Positions 51,627 through 60,645 of a stretch of DNA of 64,000 nt are shown piece after piece. The stretch is from Gemmatimonadota bacterium (lineage in GTDB: Bacteria > Gemmatimonadota > Gemmatimonadetes > Gemmatimonadales > GWC2-71-9). The notes below the pieces were generated by a model. That model worked only from the letters and a program-made list of their open reading frames with translations. It was not told the DNA's origin and did no database searches. Position 1 is the stretch's first letter. Every line of letters begins with the position of its first letter. Where the stretch lies: positions 64,001 through 128,000 of the forward strand of contig JBDHAB010000006.1 in the NCBI GenBank assembly GCA_039588295.1, in the 5' to 3' direction. The position numbers and the translations under genes were made by a program.

Positions 51627-52294
51627 GCCGCGACCTTCCCGTCCGCGATGTGGATAATGCGATCGGCCTCGGCAGCGACGTTCGGGTCGTGGGTCACGAG
51701 CACAATCGTGTTGCCGGAATCATGCACTTCGCGAAACGTCTTGAGCACCTCGGCTCCCGCCTTGGAGTCGAGGTTTCCCGTCGGCTCGTCGATCAACAAG
51801 ATCGCGGGATCGCCGACCAGCGCTCGCGCGACCGCGACACGCTGCCGCTCTCCTCCCGACAGCTCATCCGGCCGGTGCCTCGTGCGATCGCCGAGCCCGA
51901 ATCGCTCGAGAAGTTGGCGCGCGCGGTGGCGCCGCTCGCGGCGGGAGAAGCCGCCGCGATACTGAAGCGGGAGAGCCACGTTCTCTTCGACCGGGAGGCG
52001 AGGCATCAAGTTGAAGGTCTGAAACACGAATCCGACCTTCTGATTGCGCACTCGCGCAAGCGGCCGCCCACGCAACGTGCTCACGTCCGTGCCGTCCAGG
52101 TGATAGACTCCTGCGCTCGCGGTGTCGAGGCAGCCGAGGATGTGCATCAGCGTGCTCTTACCCGAACCCGATGGGCCCATGATGGCCACGTACTCGCCCG
52201 CCTCCACGGCGAGGTCGATGCCGCGAAGTGCCGGTACGTCGACGCGGCCAAGGCGATAGGTCTTGGTGATGCCGTGCGCTTCCAGGAGGGCCAT
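51623..52294 (-). CDS. ABC transporter ATP-binding protein (MacB/LolD type)
   Basis: GPSGSGKST, LSGGERQR, DEPTGNLD, VTHD. Confidence 0.95.
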   Translation of the reverse strand: MALLEAHGITKTYRLGRVDVPALRGIDLAVEAGEYVAIMGPSGSGKSTLMHILGCLDTASAGVYHLDGTDVSTLRGRPLARVRNQKVGFVFQTFNLMPRLPVEENVALPLQYRGGFSRRERRHRARQLLERFGLGDRTRHRPDELSGGERQRVAVARALVGDPAILLIDEPTGNLDSKAGAEVLKTFREVHDSGNTIVLVTHDPNVAAEADRIIHIADGKVAA

Positions 52295-52296
52295 GG

Positions 52297-53421
52297 TCAG
52301 CCTCCCCCGCGGATGGCGGCGCGTCGGGTCGCCTCAACCGGATCGTCCAGCGCCACGGAGTCCCCGGCGGCGAGCCCCTCGGTGATCTCCACGTGGGTGA
52401 GGTCACTGAGTCCGAGCGTGACCGGAGTCTCCTGGGTCTCGCCCGCCGTCAGCTTGTGCACGATGGGGCGGCCACCGACGAAGAACACTGCCTCGACCGG
52501 AACGCGGACCACATCGTCCCGCGTCGGTCCGGCAATCCGCACGTTGGCGGTCATCCCCGGTCGCAGGATCCGCACGCCCTCTCGAACCTCGATTTCCACG
52601 TCGAAGACTCGGATCCGATCCTGTTGCCGGGCCGCGGGAGGCACCAGGCGAACCACGCCGAGCGCCGTATCCCCTGGGAAGGCGTCGACCGTGATCGTGA
52701 CGATGTCTCCGCGCGTCACCTTCCCGATATCCACTTCGTTGATGGCCGCCCGAATGAGCAGTGTGGAGAGATCTGCGATCGTGAACAGCTCGGTTCCCCC
52801 GCCGAAGGCGCTGGTCCCGCCGACCACGGTCTCGCCCTCTTCGACGCCGCGCAGAATGACCACGCCTGCCGATGGTGCCGCAATCCGAGCCGACTGCTCC
52901 TCGTCGGTCGCCTGGACGCCGCTCTCCTCCATCAGCCGGAGTTGTTCGCGGACGGCGCGAAGCTGGTTCTCCGCCTGCTCGTAGGCCACGCGACTCGTCT
53001 CGACATCGGCCTCCGAGATGAGGGAGCGGGTTTCGAGCTCCTGGGCGCGCTCGTACTCTCGCGCGAGATTCGTGACGGAGATCTCGGCAGCGCTGATCTC
53101 ACTGCGCAGTTGGGCGAGTGAGTTCGCCTGAGCGATATCCGGGACGATGGTCGCGAGGCGCTGCCCGGCTCGCACGGAGTCACCTTCCCGTACGTGGAGT
53201 CGACGGACGACGCCGGAAATAGGCGACTTGACGACGATCTGCCGTTCCGGCTCGACTACGCCGGTCTCCTCGATCGTGACGCGGATGGCGCCTCGGTCGG
53301 CGATCCCAACCTTGAACGGGTAAGCCTGGGATCGCTCGCCGCCGTTCGCTGACGAACAGGCAGCGACAGCGGCTGTGAGCGCGGCGGAGAAGCCCGGGAG
53401 TCGGACGAGTCGGAGAACCAT
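52297..53421 (-). CDS. Periplasmic adaptor (MacA/HlyD-like) lipoprotein
   Basis: Lipobox-like VAAC; lipoyl-like SPISGVV...VREGDSV; coiled coil; LRPGMTANV. The ORF-track extension is antisense to the racemase gene and is ignored. Confidence 0.88.
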   Translation of the reverse strand: MVLRLVRLPGFSAALTAAVAACSSANGGERSQAYPFKVGIADRGAIRVTIEETGVVEPERQIVVKSPISGVVRRLHVREGDSVRAGQRLATIVPDIAQANSLAQLRSEISAAEISVTNLAREYERAQELETRSLISEADVETSRVAYEQAENQLRAVREQLRLMEESGVQATDEEQSARIAAPSAGVVILRGVEEGETVVGGTSAFGGGTELFTIADLSTLLIRAAINEVDIGKVTRGDIVTITVDAFPGDTALGVVRLVPPAARQQDRIRVFDVEIEVREGVRILRPGMTANVRIAGPTRDDVVRVPVEAVFFVGGRPIVHKLTAGETQETPVTLGLSDLTHVEITEGLAAGDSVALDDPVEATRRAAIRGGG

Positions 53422-53571
53422 ATCGTGAACCTTGGCTCGAGGGATCGAGGATGCCGCCTTCACATTCCTGTATACGTCGTGGATGCTGTCTCGGTTTCGC
53501 ACTGAGCCTTTGCGCCCGACGACGGGGTGGGATATCCTCCGGAAAGTGTAGCCTGCTGGAGAGCATCTGCA

Positions 53572-54060
53572 ATGCGCGTTGCCAAGACCATCACGGCCGT
53601 CGACGCCCACGCGGCCGGAGAGCCGGGACGTGTGATCACGGAAGGTGTGGCGGATGTCCCCGGCGGAACCATGTTCGAAAAGCGCCTCTACCTCGAGCAA
53701 CAGGGCGATTGGATCCGGAAGCTCATGTTGCGGGAGCCCCGCGGCTACCCGGCCCTGTGCTGCAACGTGATCCTGCCGCCGACGGATCCCCGGGCTGACG
53801 CGGGCTTCGTCATCATGGAGCAGACGGAATACCCGGCGATGTCCGGAAGCAACACTATCTGCGTGACGACGGTGCTGATCGAAACGGGGATGGTCCCTGC
53901 CGTGGAGCCAGTCACGGAGCTCACGCTCGAGACCCCGGCCGGGCTGATTGACGTGCGGGCCGATGTAGAGAAGGGCAAGGTCCTGGGCGTCACCTTCGAA
54001 AATGTGCCGGCGTTTGCCGTACATCTCGATGCCGAGCTCGACGTGCCGCAGCGCCGGTGA
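53572..54060 (+). pseudogene. Proline racemase/hydroxyproline epimerase family, N-terminal half
   Basis: VDAHAAGEPGRV, LMLREPRG, YPAMSGSNTICV, ETPAGLI, FENVPAF; stops prematurely after DVPQ. Confidence 0.88.
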
Positions 54061-54152
54061 CGGGCCCTCCGTCACATCATGATAATCACTCCGCCGCCAC
54101 CGATCCTCCGTAGCTGTACCAACGGCGTGGCGCCTTGACCCTACGGGGCGTG

Positions 54153-54851
54153 ATGAACGTAGAGAAGCTCATCAAGCAATCCACGTGGTGGCGCGAAGCG
54201 GAGCGGACACCGGATCGGCACTACGATGCGTCGTCGGGCGTGACGCTCGCCGATCATCTCCTGCGGGTGCGCGGGAACGTGCATCTGCTGCTGAGTCCGG
54301 AAGGACTCGACGGGTACTTCGCCGAGCTTCGCGAGGCTCTGGCAGCAGCGGGGTGCGATCTTGAGGCGACATTGGAGATCCTGAGCACCGTCGCGCTTCT
54401 CCACGACATCGGCAAGACGAGCGAGCACAGGGACGCCGAGTGCGAGCATCCGCTCACGCATAAGCGTGTCAAGATGCGCCATCCGGTTGTCAGCCTCCTC
54501 GCGGCGCTGGAAACGCTACCGGACGATCAGCCGAGCAGAGAAGCGGTGCTCGCCTTGGTGGAAGAGCACGACACACCGTACTCCTGGTACATGCAGTTTC
54601 AGCGATCCGGGCAGATTCCGAGACGCAAGGCGTGGGCGCGACTCGATCGAGCAATTGACCCACGAGAAGACGGGACGGGACTAATCCTTCTCTGCGTCTT
54701 CAAACTGGCCGATATCGACGGTCACGACGATGTGGCGGACGTTCCGTGGTTCATCGAAGACGCGAACGCCAGCCTACTTCGGGAGAAGGGCAAATGGGTG
54801 CCGGTGCCGGATCGCGAGTCCCTCCGCCGCCTGGCCCAACAGGTCAGCTGA
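54153..54851 (+). CDS. Stand-alone HD-domain metal-dependent phosphohydrolase/nuclease
   Basis: TLADHL...LLHDIGK...H...EEHD...KLADID. Confidence 0.75.
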   Translation: MNVEKLIKQSTWWREAERTPDRHYDASSGVTLADHLLRVRGNVHLLLSPEGLDGYFAELREALAAAGCDLEATLEILSTVALLHDIGKTSEHRDAECEHPLTHKRVKMRHPVVSLLAALETLPDDQPSREAVLALVEEHDTPYSWYMQFQRSGQIPRRKAWARLDRAIDPREDGTGLILLCVFKLADIDGHDDVADVPWFIEDANASLLREKGKWVPVPDRESLRRLAQQVS

Positions 54852-54886
54852 CAGCGGCATGGCCTGTCAGGGCACGCCGATGAGAG

Positions 54887-56368
54887 TCAATGCGGCCGCC
54901 ACCACGGAACCGACCGCTCAAACGACCTGTGCATGAGGTCGCGCTCGCGCTGATCCCGGGCAGCCACCTTCCCCGACCGCAGCAGCGCCGCCAGGTCCTC
55001 TTCGGCCGCGTCATCACCCTGTGCCAGCGCTTTGCGAAACCAGTCTGCCGCTACGGCCGCGTCCGGCGGTACGCCGTACCCGTTGGCATACATGTCGCCA
55101 AGGGCATACTGGGCGCCCGCATCTCCCTGCTCCGCGGCCTTGCGATACCAGTGGACGGCTTCCGTGAAGTCGCCGACGTCAAAGTACCGCACCCCGAGGA
55201 AGTACTGTGCCTCAGCATATCCCTGCTTGGCTGCCTCGCTGCACCAGTGGAACGCCTCGGCGCCGTCGGTGAGTACACTCAGGCGGAATTGAGCCGCGGC
55301 GATGCCGTGTTCGGCGGCCGCCTGAAGCCAGCGACGCGCCTCCGCTTCGTCCTCCGGAACCCCTTCCCCCAGGTAATAGCACTCGCCGAGCCTGTACCGC
55401 GCCTCCGGAAACCCCAGCGTCGCCGATCGGTGATACCAGGCCGCCGCCAACTCAGCACTGCGATGCACACCCTTTCCCTCTCGATACAGGGTACCCACTC
55501 GGCACTGCGCCTCCGCGTCTCCCCCCTTCGCGCGCTCGAGCAGCGCCATGGCCTCGTCGAATGCTCGGCGGCCCGCGTGCGCCGTCCGCACGATCTCCTC
55601 CAACAACGCTCGCACCGGGCCATCACTGCCCGCACGCGCGTCTTCGCACGCCTCCAGCACCGCTGGATGGCGGTTCGCATTGCTGGCTAGGCTCCACTGC
55701 GCCGTGGCCTTGGCACCGATCAGCTCCACCTCGCGGCGGGTGAGCCGAAACGGCAATGCGTCACGAATAGCCGCGAATTGCCAGGGCGACCGCAGGTGCA
55801 CGCCTTCCAGCATGCACAGGCAGTCGAGGTCACCGGGTGTCTCGATCGTCCGACCGTCAGGATCGCAGCCGATGCCGGCCACGGTGTGAAGCTGCGCACA
55901 CGCTTCCGCGCGATCCCCGAACACGCTTTCGAACCATGAGCAGAGCCACAGCTCGAGCTTCTCCCGAACGATGTCAGGGCGCTGCAGCTGGCCGATGAGG
56001 GCGGCAATCGGCGCGTGACTCCCGGTCAGCATGAACTCGGCCCACAGCAGGTCGTTTTCGGTAGCCGTCACGAGCGGTCGGTCGACGGCGTTCGTCAGAC
56101 CAGACGGCCCTCCCGCGAGCTGCCGGAGGATTCCCGCCACGAAGTCTCGTCCCGCCGCCGGTGCGTCGCGCGCGACACGGTCGTACTCCGAGACGAGATC
56201 CGGGTGGCGTTGCGCCAGCCGTGCGAAGAAGTATCCGGTGGGGGCCGACGATCGCGGGTCCGCAACATGCTCGCTGGCCGCGCACCAGGCGAGGACCGCG
56301 GCAGCGCGCTCCGGTGTCGGGTCCCGGTAGTAGTACGTCAGGAACTCATCGACGTCGATCAGGTCCAT
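54887..56368 (-). CDS. Sel1-repeat protein with an uncharacterised N-terminal domain
   Basis: C-terminal Sel1 repeats (GDAEAQCRVG..Y..GKGV; WYRKAAEQGDAGAQYALG). Confidence 0.85.
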   Translation of the reverse strand: MDLIDVDEFLTYYYRDPTPERAAAVLAWCAASEHVADPRSSAPTGYFFARLAQRHPDLVSEYDRVARDAPAAGRDFVAGILRQLAGGPSGLTNAVDRPLVTATENDLLWAEFMLTGSHAPIAALIGQLQRPDIVREKLELWLCSWFESVFGDRAEACAQLHTVAGIGCDPDGRTIETPGDLDCLCMLEGVHLRSPWQFAAIRDALPFRLTRREVELIGAKATAQWSLASNANRHPAVLEACEDARAGSDGPVRALLEEIVRTAHAGRRAFDEAMALLERAKGGDAEAQCRVGTLYREGKGVHRSAELAAAWYHRSATLGFPEARYRLGECYYLGEGVPEDEAEARRWLQAAAEHGIAAAQFRLSVLTDGAEAFHWCSEAAKQGYAEAQYFLGVRYFDVGDFTEAVHWYRKAAEQGDAGAQYALGDMYANGYGVPPDAAVAADWFRKALAQGDDAAEEDLAALLRSGKVAARDQRERDLMHRSFERSVPWWRPH

Positions 56369-56574
56369 GCGCGCCGCTCAGCCCTCAAGTCGCCATTCCC
56401 CCCGGCCTGAAACACGGACAGGCCTCGTGCTACATTCCCAGGCCGCCACGACGCCGGGATCGCAGGTCTCCGATCCCGCGCCGACCGTTCCGTTCTTGTG
56501 TCGATCATGGCTCCCCCTCAGGCCCATGCTGCTGATGTCCGTTTCGTGACCGGTGAAGTTCGGTGGCCGTGCGT

Positions 56575-57816
56575 CTATTCCGTGCCATCACCGCCCGTAC
56601 CCAGCCACGCCAATGCCTCGTGCGCGATTCGGCGCCCCGCCGACCAGACCCGTTGCTCCCACACCGGGTCGTCCGGATGGAACGCGCGCAGCAGGCGGCG
56701 TTTGATCTCGGCGGCCCGCGGATGGTCCGGACCACCGTGATGGTAGAGCCAGTTCTCGACGCGGAGTGCCTTGAACACCTCCATCGGCGGGAGTGTTCCG
56801 AACTCGAGGCTGGCGGCGGTGACCCGGGCATGCGGCAGCATGTCGGCGAACGCGAGCTTCAGCGACGCGTCGAGGTGCGTCGATACCGACTGGCCCCCGA
56901 TGGTCGAACGCACCGCGTCGCTTCCCCACATGGAGACGGCCCTGCCGTAGGCGGCATCGGTGTCCGGGACGTTCATGATGAGTTCGGCGCGGCCGTATGC
57001 ACCGAGGCCGGTGTGCACATCGATCACGACCACGTTCGTGGCGGTCGCGAGGAAGCGTTGGACGGTCCTGCGCACGGCCCCGTTCGCCCACGCCTCCGAG
57101 TGGCCGCCAAAGAAAAGACCGGTCGGATGCGAGTACTGTCCCGCCTGAAGCGCCTGTTGGGCTGCGGCCGCTCCTACGGTGACTCGGAACCTCAGCAGTC
57201 GCGCCCACGCCGACACTTCCGACCAGAACCCCAACGCGTCCGGAGCAATGGCCGTCGCCAGGCGCTCGTAGCCGGGATTGGACCGCGGCGGCACGCGATG
57301 GTCACGGAAGTTCCGGTTGAGGTCGACGTTCTCCTCGGTGAAGCGCCGCAGATGCGCCATCCCGTACGGGTTGATCGCGTGGATCATCACGAGCCGGACA
57401 CCGGAGGGCAGGCGCGACGCGATTCCTTCTTGGAGCAGACCCGTCTGAATCCCCGAACCCGCGAAGCCCTCTACCCCGTGGGTGCCGGAGCTCACGACGA
57501 GAACCGCCTGCGCGTCGTCAGGACCGATCAGCGCGACGTCGCTGAAGAGCGGCGCACCATCGGGGCCCGGGTGCGGATTCCTCAGACTCTCCACCGTGGC
57601 GCCCGCCGCTCGCGCGACGTCGAGAAACCGCTCCCGCGCCGTTCGATAGTCCGGTGAGAAGTGTGCACGTGGCTCCACGTCGCTGACCTCGCCCGCCGAC
57701 AAAGATGGACGTGGAAGCTCCCTCCATCCATAGGTCCCGAGCAATCGGACGCCGGCTCCCAGGGCGGCCGTCGTCACGCCCACGAAGCTCAGTACGAGGA
57801 TCGTTCTCGTCTTCAT
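56575..57816 (-). CDS. M14-like zinc metallopeptidase (DUF2817 type), N-terminally anchored
   Basis: SGTHGVEGFAGS, HAINPYG, RRFTEENVDLNRNF, IDVHTGLG, LEFGT. ATGA overlap with the upstream gene. Confidence 0.85.
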   Translation of the reverse strand: MKTRTILVLSFVGVTTAALGAGVRLLGTYGWRELPRPSLSAGEVSDVEPRAHFSPDYRTARERFLDVARAAGATVESLRNPHPGPDGAPLFSDVALIGPDDAQAVLVVSSGTHGVEGFAGSGIQTGLLQEGIASRLPSGVRLVMIHAINPYGMAHLRRFTEENVDLNRNFRDHRVPPRSNPGYERLATAIAPDALGFWSEVSAWARLLRFRVTVGAAAAQQALQAGQYSHPTGLFFGGHSEAWANGAVRRTVQRFLATATNVVVIDVHTGLGAYGRAELIMNVPDTDAAYGRAVSMWGSDAVRSTIGGQSVSTHLDASLKLAFADMLPHARVTAASLEFGTLPPMEVFKALRVENWLYHHGGPDHPRAAEIKRRLLRAFHPDDPVWEQRVWSAGRRIAHEALAWLGTGGDGTE

Positions 57817-58406
57817 GCGGCACCGTCCTTCAGCTCCGCGGACCCACCTCGCTCGTGGCGAGAGCGTTCCGGTCGGGCGCCGGCACCATCCTCGGTCCAC
57901 CGCTCGAGACGCTGCGGCGATTCGGCATCGTGCGAGTCCGGTTCCCGGAAGACGAAGTGCAACCCGCCCGTCACCACGACCGCGAATACCGCCGGCTGGA
58001 ACCGAGCGAGCCCGCCCTCCATGACTATGTACAGCAACCCCACGCCAAGCACGGACAGGTAGAGCATGAACGACAGCGCCTGCCTGGATCCCGACACGTG
58101 CTGTGACGCTTCGAGCGTGACAATGGCCAGCAACGCCCCCAGCGGAAGTTGAAACTCCCACCTGACGACCCCAAGCGACCACGGGATCGCTTCCGGCAGG
58201 CTGCCAACCACCACGAACGTCAGCACCGCCACGGGGAGTAGCCCGGCGACCGCCAACCGCCATTGCATCAGCCGGTCTCCTTCGTACTCGGCGAACAGCG
58301 CCCGCATTCTCAGGACGATGACCCAGAACGCGGCGATGATGACCGCCGGGTATCCGATGTAGATGAAGACCTTCCGTAACACGTCCAGCACTCCGCTCTC
58401 CGCCAT
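57813..58406 (-). CDS. Hypothetical polytopic membrane protein (about 5 TM)
   Basis: Multiple hydrophobic segments; GAGGAGG RBS; translationally coupled to the peptidase gene. Confidence 0.8.
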   Translation of the reverse strand: MAESGVLDVLRKVFIYIGYPAVIIAAFWVIVLRMRALFAEYEGDRLMQWRLAVAGLLPVAVLTFVVVGSLPEAIPWSLGVVRWEFQLPLGALLAIVTLEASQHVSGSRQALSFMLYLSVLGVGLLYIVMEGGLARFQPAVFAVVVTGGLHFVFREPDSHDAESPQRLERWTEDGAGARPERSRHERGGSAELKDGAA

Positions 58407-58445
58407 GATGCCCTCCTCGTTGACGTTTCACGTCACTGCGTGGGA

Positions 58446-58462
58446 AGCAATGGGTGTACCAG
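58446..58462 (-). promoter_or_regulatory. Sigma-54 (-24/-12) promoter
   Basis: Minus strand reads CTGGTACACCCATTGCT, i.e. GG-N10-GC, matching YTGGCAC-N5-TTGCW; about 40 bp upstream of ATG 58406 and next to a bEBP gene. Confidence 0.8.
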
Positions 58463-58550
58463 AGGGCGGGCGATACGCCAAATAATTACAGGGCAGTTAC
58501 TTACGAGGCCAGCGAGCAGACACTGGGACAGCCTCAATGACGTGGGTGAT

Positions 58551-58587
58551 TGACATTTCATGTTCATGGGCGTACACAAAATGTACG
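58551..58587. promoter_or_regulatory. Putative enhancer (UAS): two ACA-N5-TGT palindromes 21 bp apart
   Basis: gACA-tttca-TGTt (58553-58563) and perfect CGTACA-caaaa-TGTACG (58571-58587), about 90-125 bp upstream of the -24 element. Confidence 0.6.
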
Positions 58588-58630
58588 TATCGCAGCGTGC
58601 ACGGACCCAACCGTTTCCCGAGGACCGCCC

Positions 58631-60175
58631 ATGTCGGTGCTGCCTCAACGCGAGCGAGCGTTCCTGCAGGCGATCTCCACTTTGGCGTACGCCAACCCGT
58701 TTCTGACCGAGCGGATCGACGCGGAGCGCCAGGTGCTGGGACGCGACTTCCAGGACGTCGGCGCCATCCGGAGCCTCTCCGTTACGGATCCGACGCACAC
58801 GGATCCGAACCGTGTCCGCACGGACGAGAAGCTCGAAGCCATGGTCCCGGCCGTCCGGCGCCGGCTCTCCCGGAGCGAGGAGGCATCGGAGGACGACCTG
58901 CGTCTGTACCAGGACGCCGTGTTCCTGCTGCTGTACCGCCGGCACCTCGACGCCTTCCGCGAACTTGCCGCGCCGGTGGCCGAGCCGCGCCGCAGATCCG
59001 GGCGGGTGCGGATGTATGCAGCCTTCCTTCGCGACTGGCACGACCTGTTCGAGATCCCAGGGCTGCGGTGGCGACCCCCGCTCGACCCGGCGCACGTGTT
59101 CGCGTGCCTGTACCAGATCCAGCGTGCCTTCCACCATACGTTCGCGACCATCGTGGGGCGTTCCGAGGTCGCCGCCCGGCTGCGGGCCTCAGTGTGGGAG
59201 TCGATCTTCACCCGCGACATGCGCCGCTACCGGGACGGGCTGTACGATCGGATGGTCGATGTGACGACGCTCGTCACGGGCCCGTCGGGCACCGGAAAGG
59301 AGTTGGTGGCGCGAGCGGTCGGAATGTCGCGGTACATTCCCTTCAATGCCGAGGCCGCCACGTTCGCCGCCGACCCGAACGTGGGATTCCACGCGCTCAA
59401 TCTCTCGGCGATGCCGAGCACGCTCATCGAATCGGAACTCTTCGGCCACAAGCGAGGGGCGTTCACCGGCGCGGTGGGAGACCGCATGGGCTGGCTTGAG
59501 GTCTGCTCCCCGTACGGAACGGTGTTTCTCGACGAAGTCGGCGAGCTCGATCCAGCCATCCAGGTCAAGCTGCTGCGGGTCCTGCAGACACGGACGTTCC
59601 AGTCAGTCGGCGACACCGCGGAGAAGCGGTTTGCGGGTAAGATCGTGGCCGCCACGAACCGCGACCTGGCCGGAGCGATGCACAGCGGGGCGCTGCGAGA
59701 GGACTTCTACTACCGCCTGTGTTCGGACGTCATCGTCACACCGTCGCTGCAGGAGCAGCTCCAGGAGAACCCCGACGTCTTGCACGAGCTGCTGGTGTTC
59801 ATTGCCGATCGCGTCGCGGGTGTGGATGCGGCTCCCATCGTTTCCGAGACCGAAGCGTGGATTGTCGCACACCTTGGGCGTGACTATCCATGGCCGGGAA
59901 ACATTCGTGAGCTGGAGCAGTGTGTCCGCAGCGTCATGATTCGCGGATCGTACCGCCGTCTTTCCCGTGCCCGCCCGACGTCACCCATGGAGGACATGCT
60001 GCGGGACATCGAGCAGGGGGCGCTCACCGCCGACGAACTCTTGAGCCGGTACTGCACCTTGGTCTTCGCACAAACGGGCAGCTTGCAGGAGTGTGCACGG
60101 CGCCTGGAGTTGGATCGGCGCACGGTGAAGCGTCGTGTCGACGAAAGGTGGCTCACCCGGTTCGCGAAGGCGTAG
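58631..60175 (+). CDS. Sigma-54-dependent enhancer-binding protein with an unrecognised N-terminal domain
   Basis: Walker A GPSGTGKE, ESELFGHKRGAFTGA, FLDEVGE, LLRVLQ, AATNRDL, REDFYYRL, WPGNIRELE; C-terminal HTH ARRLELDRRTV. Confidence 0.92.
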   Translation: MSVLPQRERAFLQAISTLAYANPFLTERIDAERQVLGRDFQDVGAIRSLSVTDPTHTDPNRVRTDEKLEAMVPAVRRRLSRSEEASEDDLRLYQDAVFLLLYRRHLDAFRELAAPVAEPRRRSGRVRMYAAFLRDWHDLFEIPGLRWRPPLDPAHVFACLYQIQRAFHHTFATIVGRSEVAARLRASVWESIFTRDMRRYRDGLYDRMVDVTTLVTGPSGTGKELVARAVGMSRYIPFNAEAATFAADPNVGFHALNLSAMPSTLIESELFGHKRGAFTGAVGDRMGWLEVCSPYGTVFLDEVGELDPAIQVKLLRVLQTRTFQSVGDTAEKRFAGKIVAATNRDLAGAMHSGALREDFYYRLCSDVIVTPSLQEQLQENPDVLHELLVFIADRVAGVDAAPIVSETEAWIVAHLGRDYPWPGNIRELEQCVRSVMIRGSYRRLSRARPTSPMEDMLRDIEQGALTADELLSRYCTLVFAQTGSLQECARRLELDRRTVKRRVDERWLTRFAKA

Positions 60176-60218
60176 GAGTCGCACGTCATCGCGGCCGATC
60201 GACCCGCTCCGACCGTCG

Positions 60219-60395
60219 TTATGCATCCTTCAGGGCCTTCATTTCGTGGAGCACGCCAGGATCCCGCATCGGATCGTAGTCCGACCAATGTTCCACGCCC
60301 TTGAGCGCGCACGCGATCGACCAGATACGATCGCCATCGTCGAGACCATCTGCGAACCGACTGTACAGCGGCGCGATCGTGAAATCCGCAGGCAT
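60219..60395 (-). CDS. Possible 58-aa small protein or gene remnant
   Basis: MPADFTIAPLYSRFADGLDDGDRIWSIACALKGVEHWSDYDPMRDPGVLHEMKALKDA; below the ORF-track size cutoff; no clear RBS. Confidence 0.35.
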   Translation of the reverse strand: MPADFTIAPLYSRFADGLDDGDRIWSIACALKGVEHWSDYDPMRDPGVLHEMKALKDA

Positions 60396-60645
60396 GGGAT
60401 ACTGATGGGTGCCTGATTGGTGATCGCGCCGCTGGCGGGATCAGCTTGCCTATGGGGTGTCATTGGGGTCATGAAATGAGCGTTTCGACCTCCCTCGGAC
60501 GGCTGGAGCGCCCTGCAAGACGAGTGCGCGGTGCCGCGACCGGTGGCGTCGACGGTTTGCGGGCAGAGCGCTGGCGCACCTGCACACCAATGAGCCCCGA
60601 GCGGTGATCGTCGAGGCATGTCAGCATGGTCCTAGGCAGAGGCGA

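Noticed and set aside
52297..54075. 592-aa version of the adaptor protein, and similar 5' extensions of the ORFs at 14245, 32695-35103 and 56575-58431
   Set aside because: The extensions overlap other real genes; downstream starts with an RBS or stop-start coupling fit better.
56359..56508. 49-codon minus-strand ORF with a purine-rich RBS overlapping the Sel1 gene start
   Set aside because: Arg/Ala-rich, low-information sequence with no motif; cannot be distinguished from chance.
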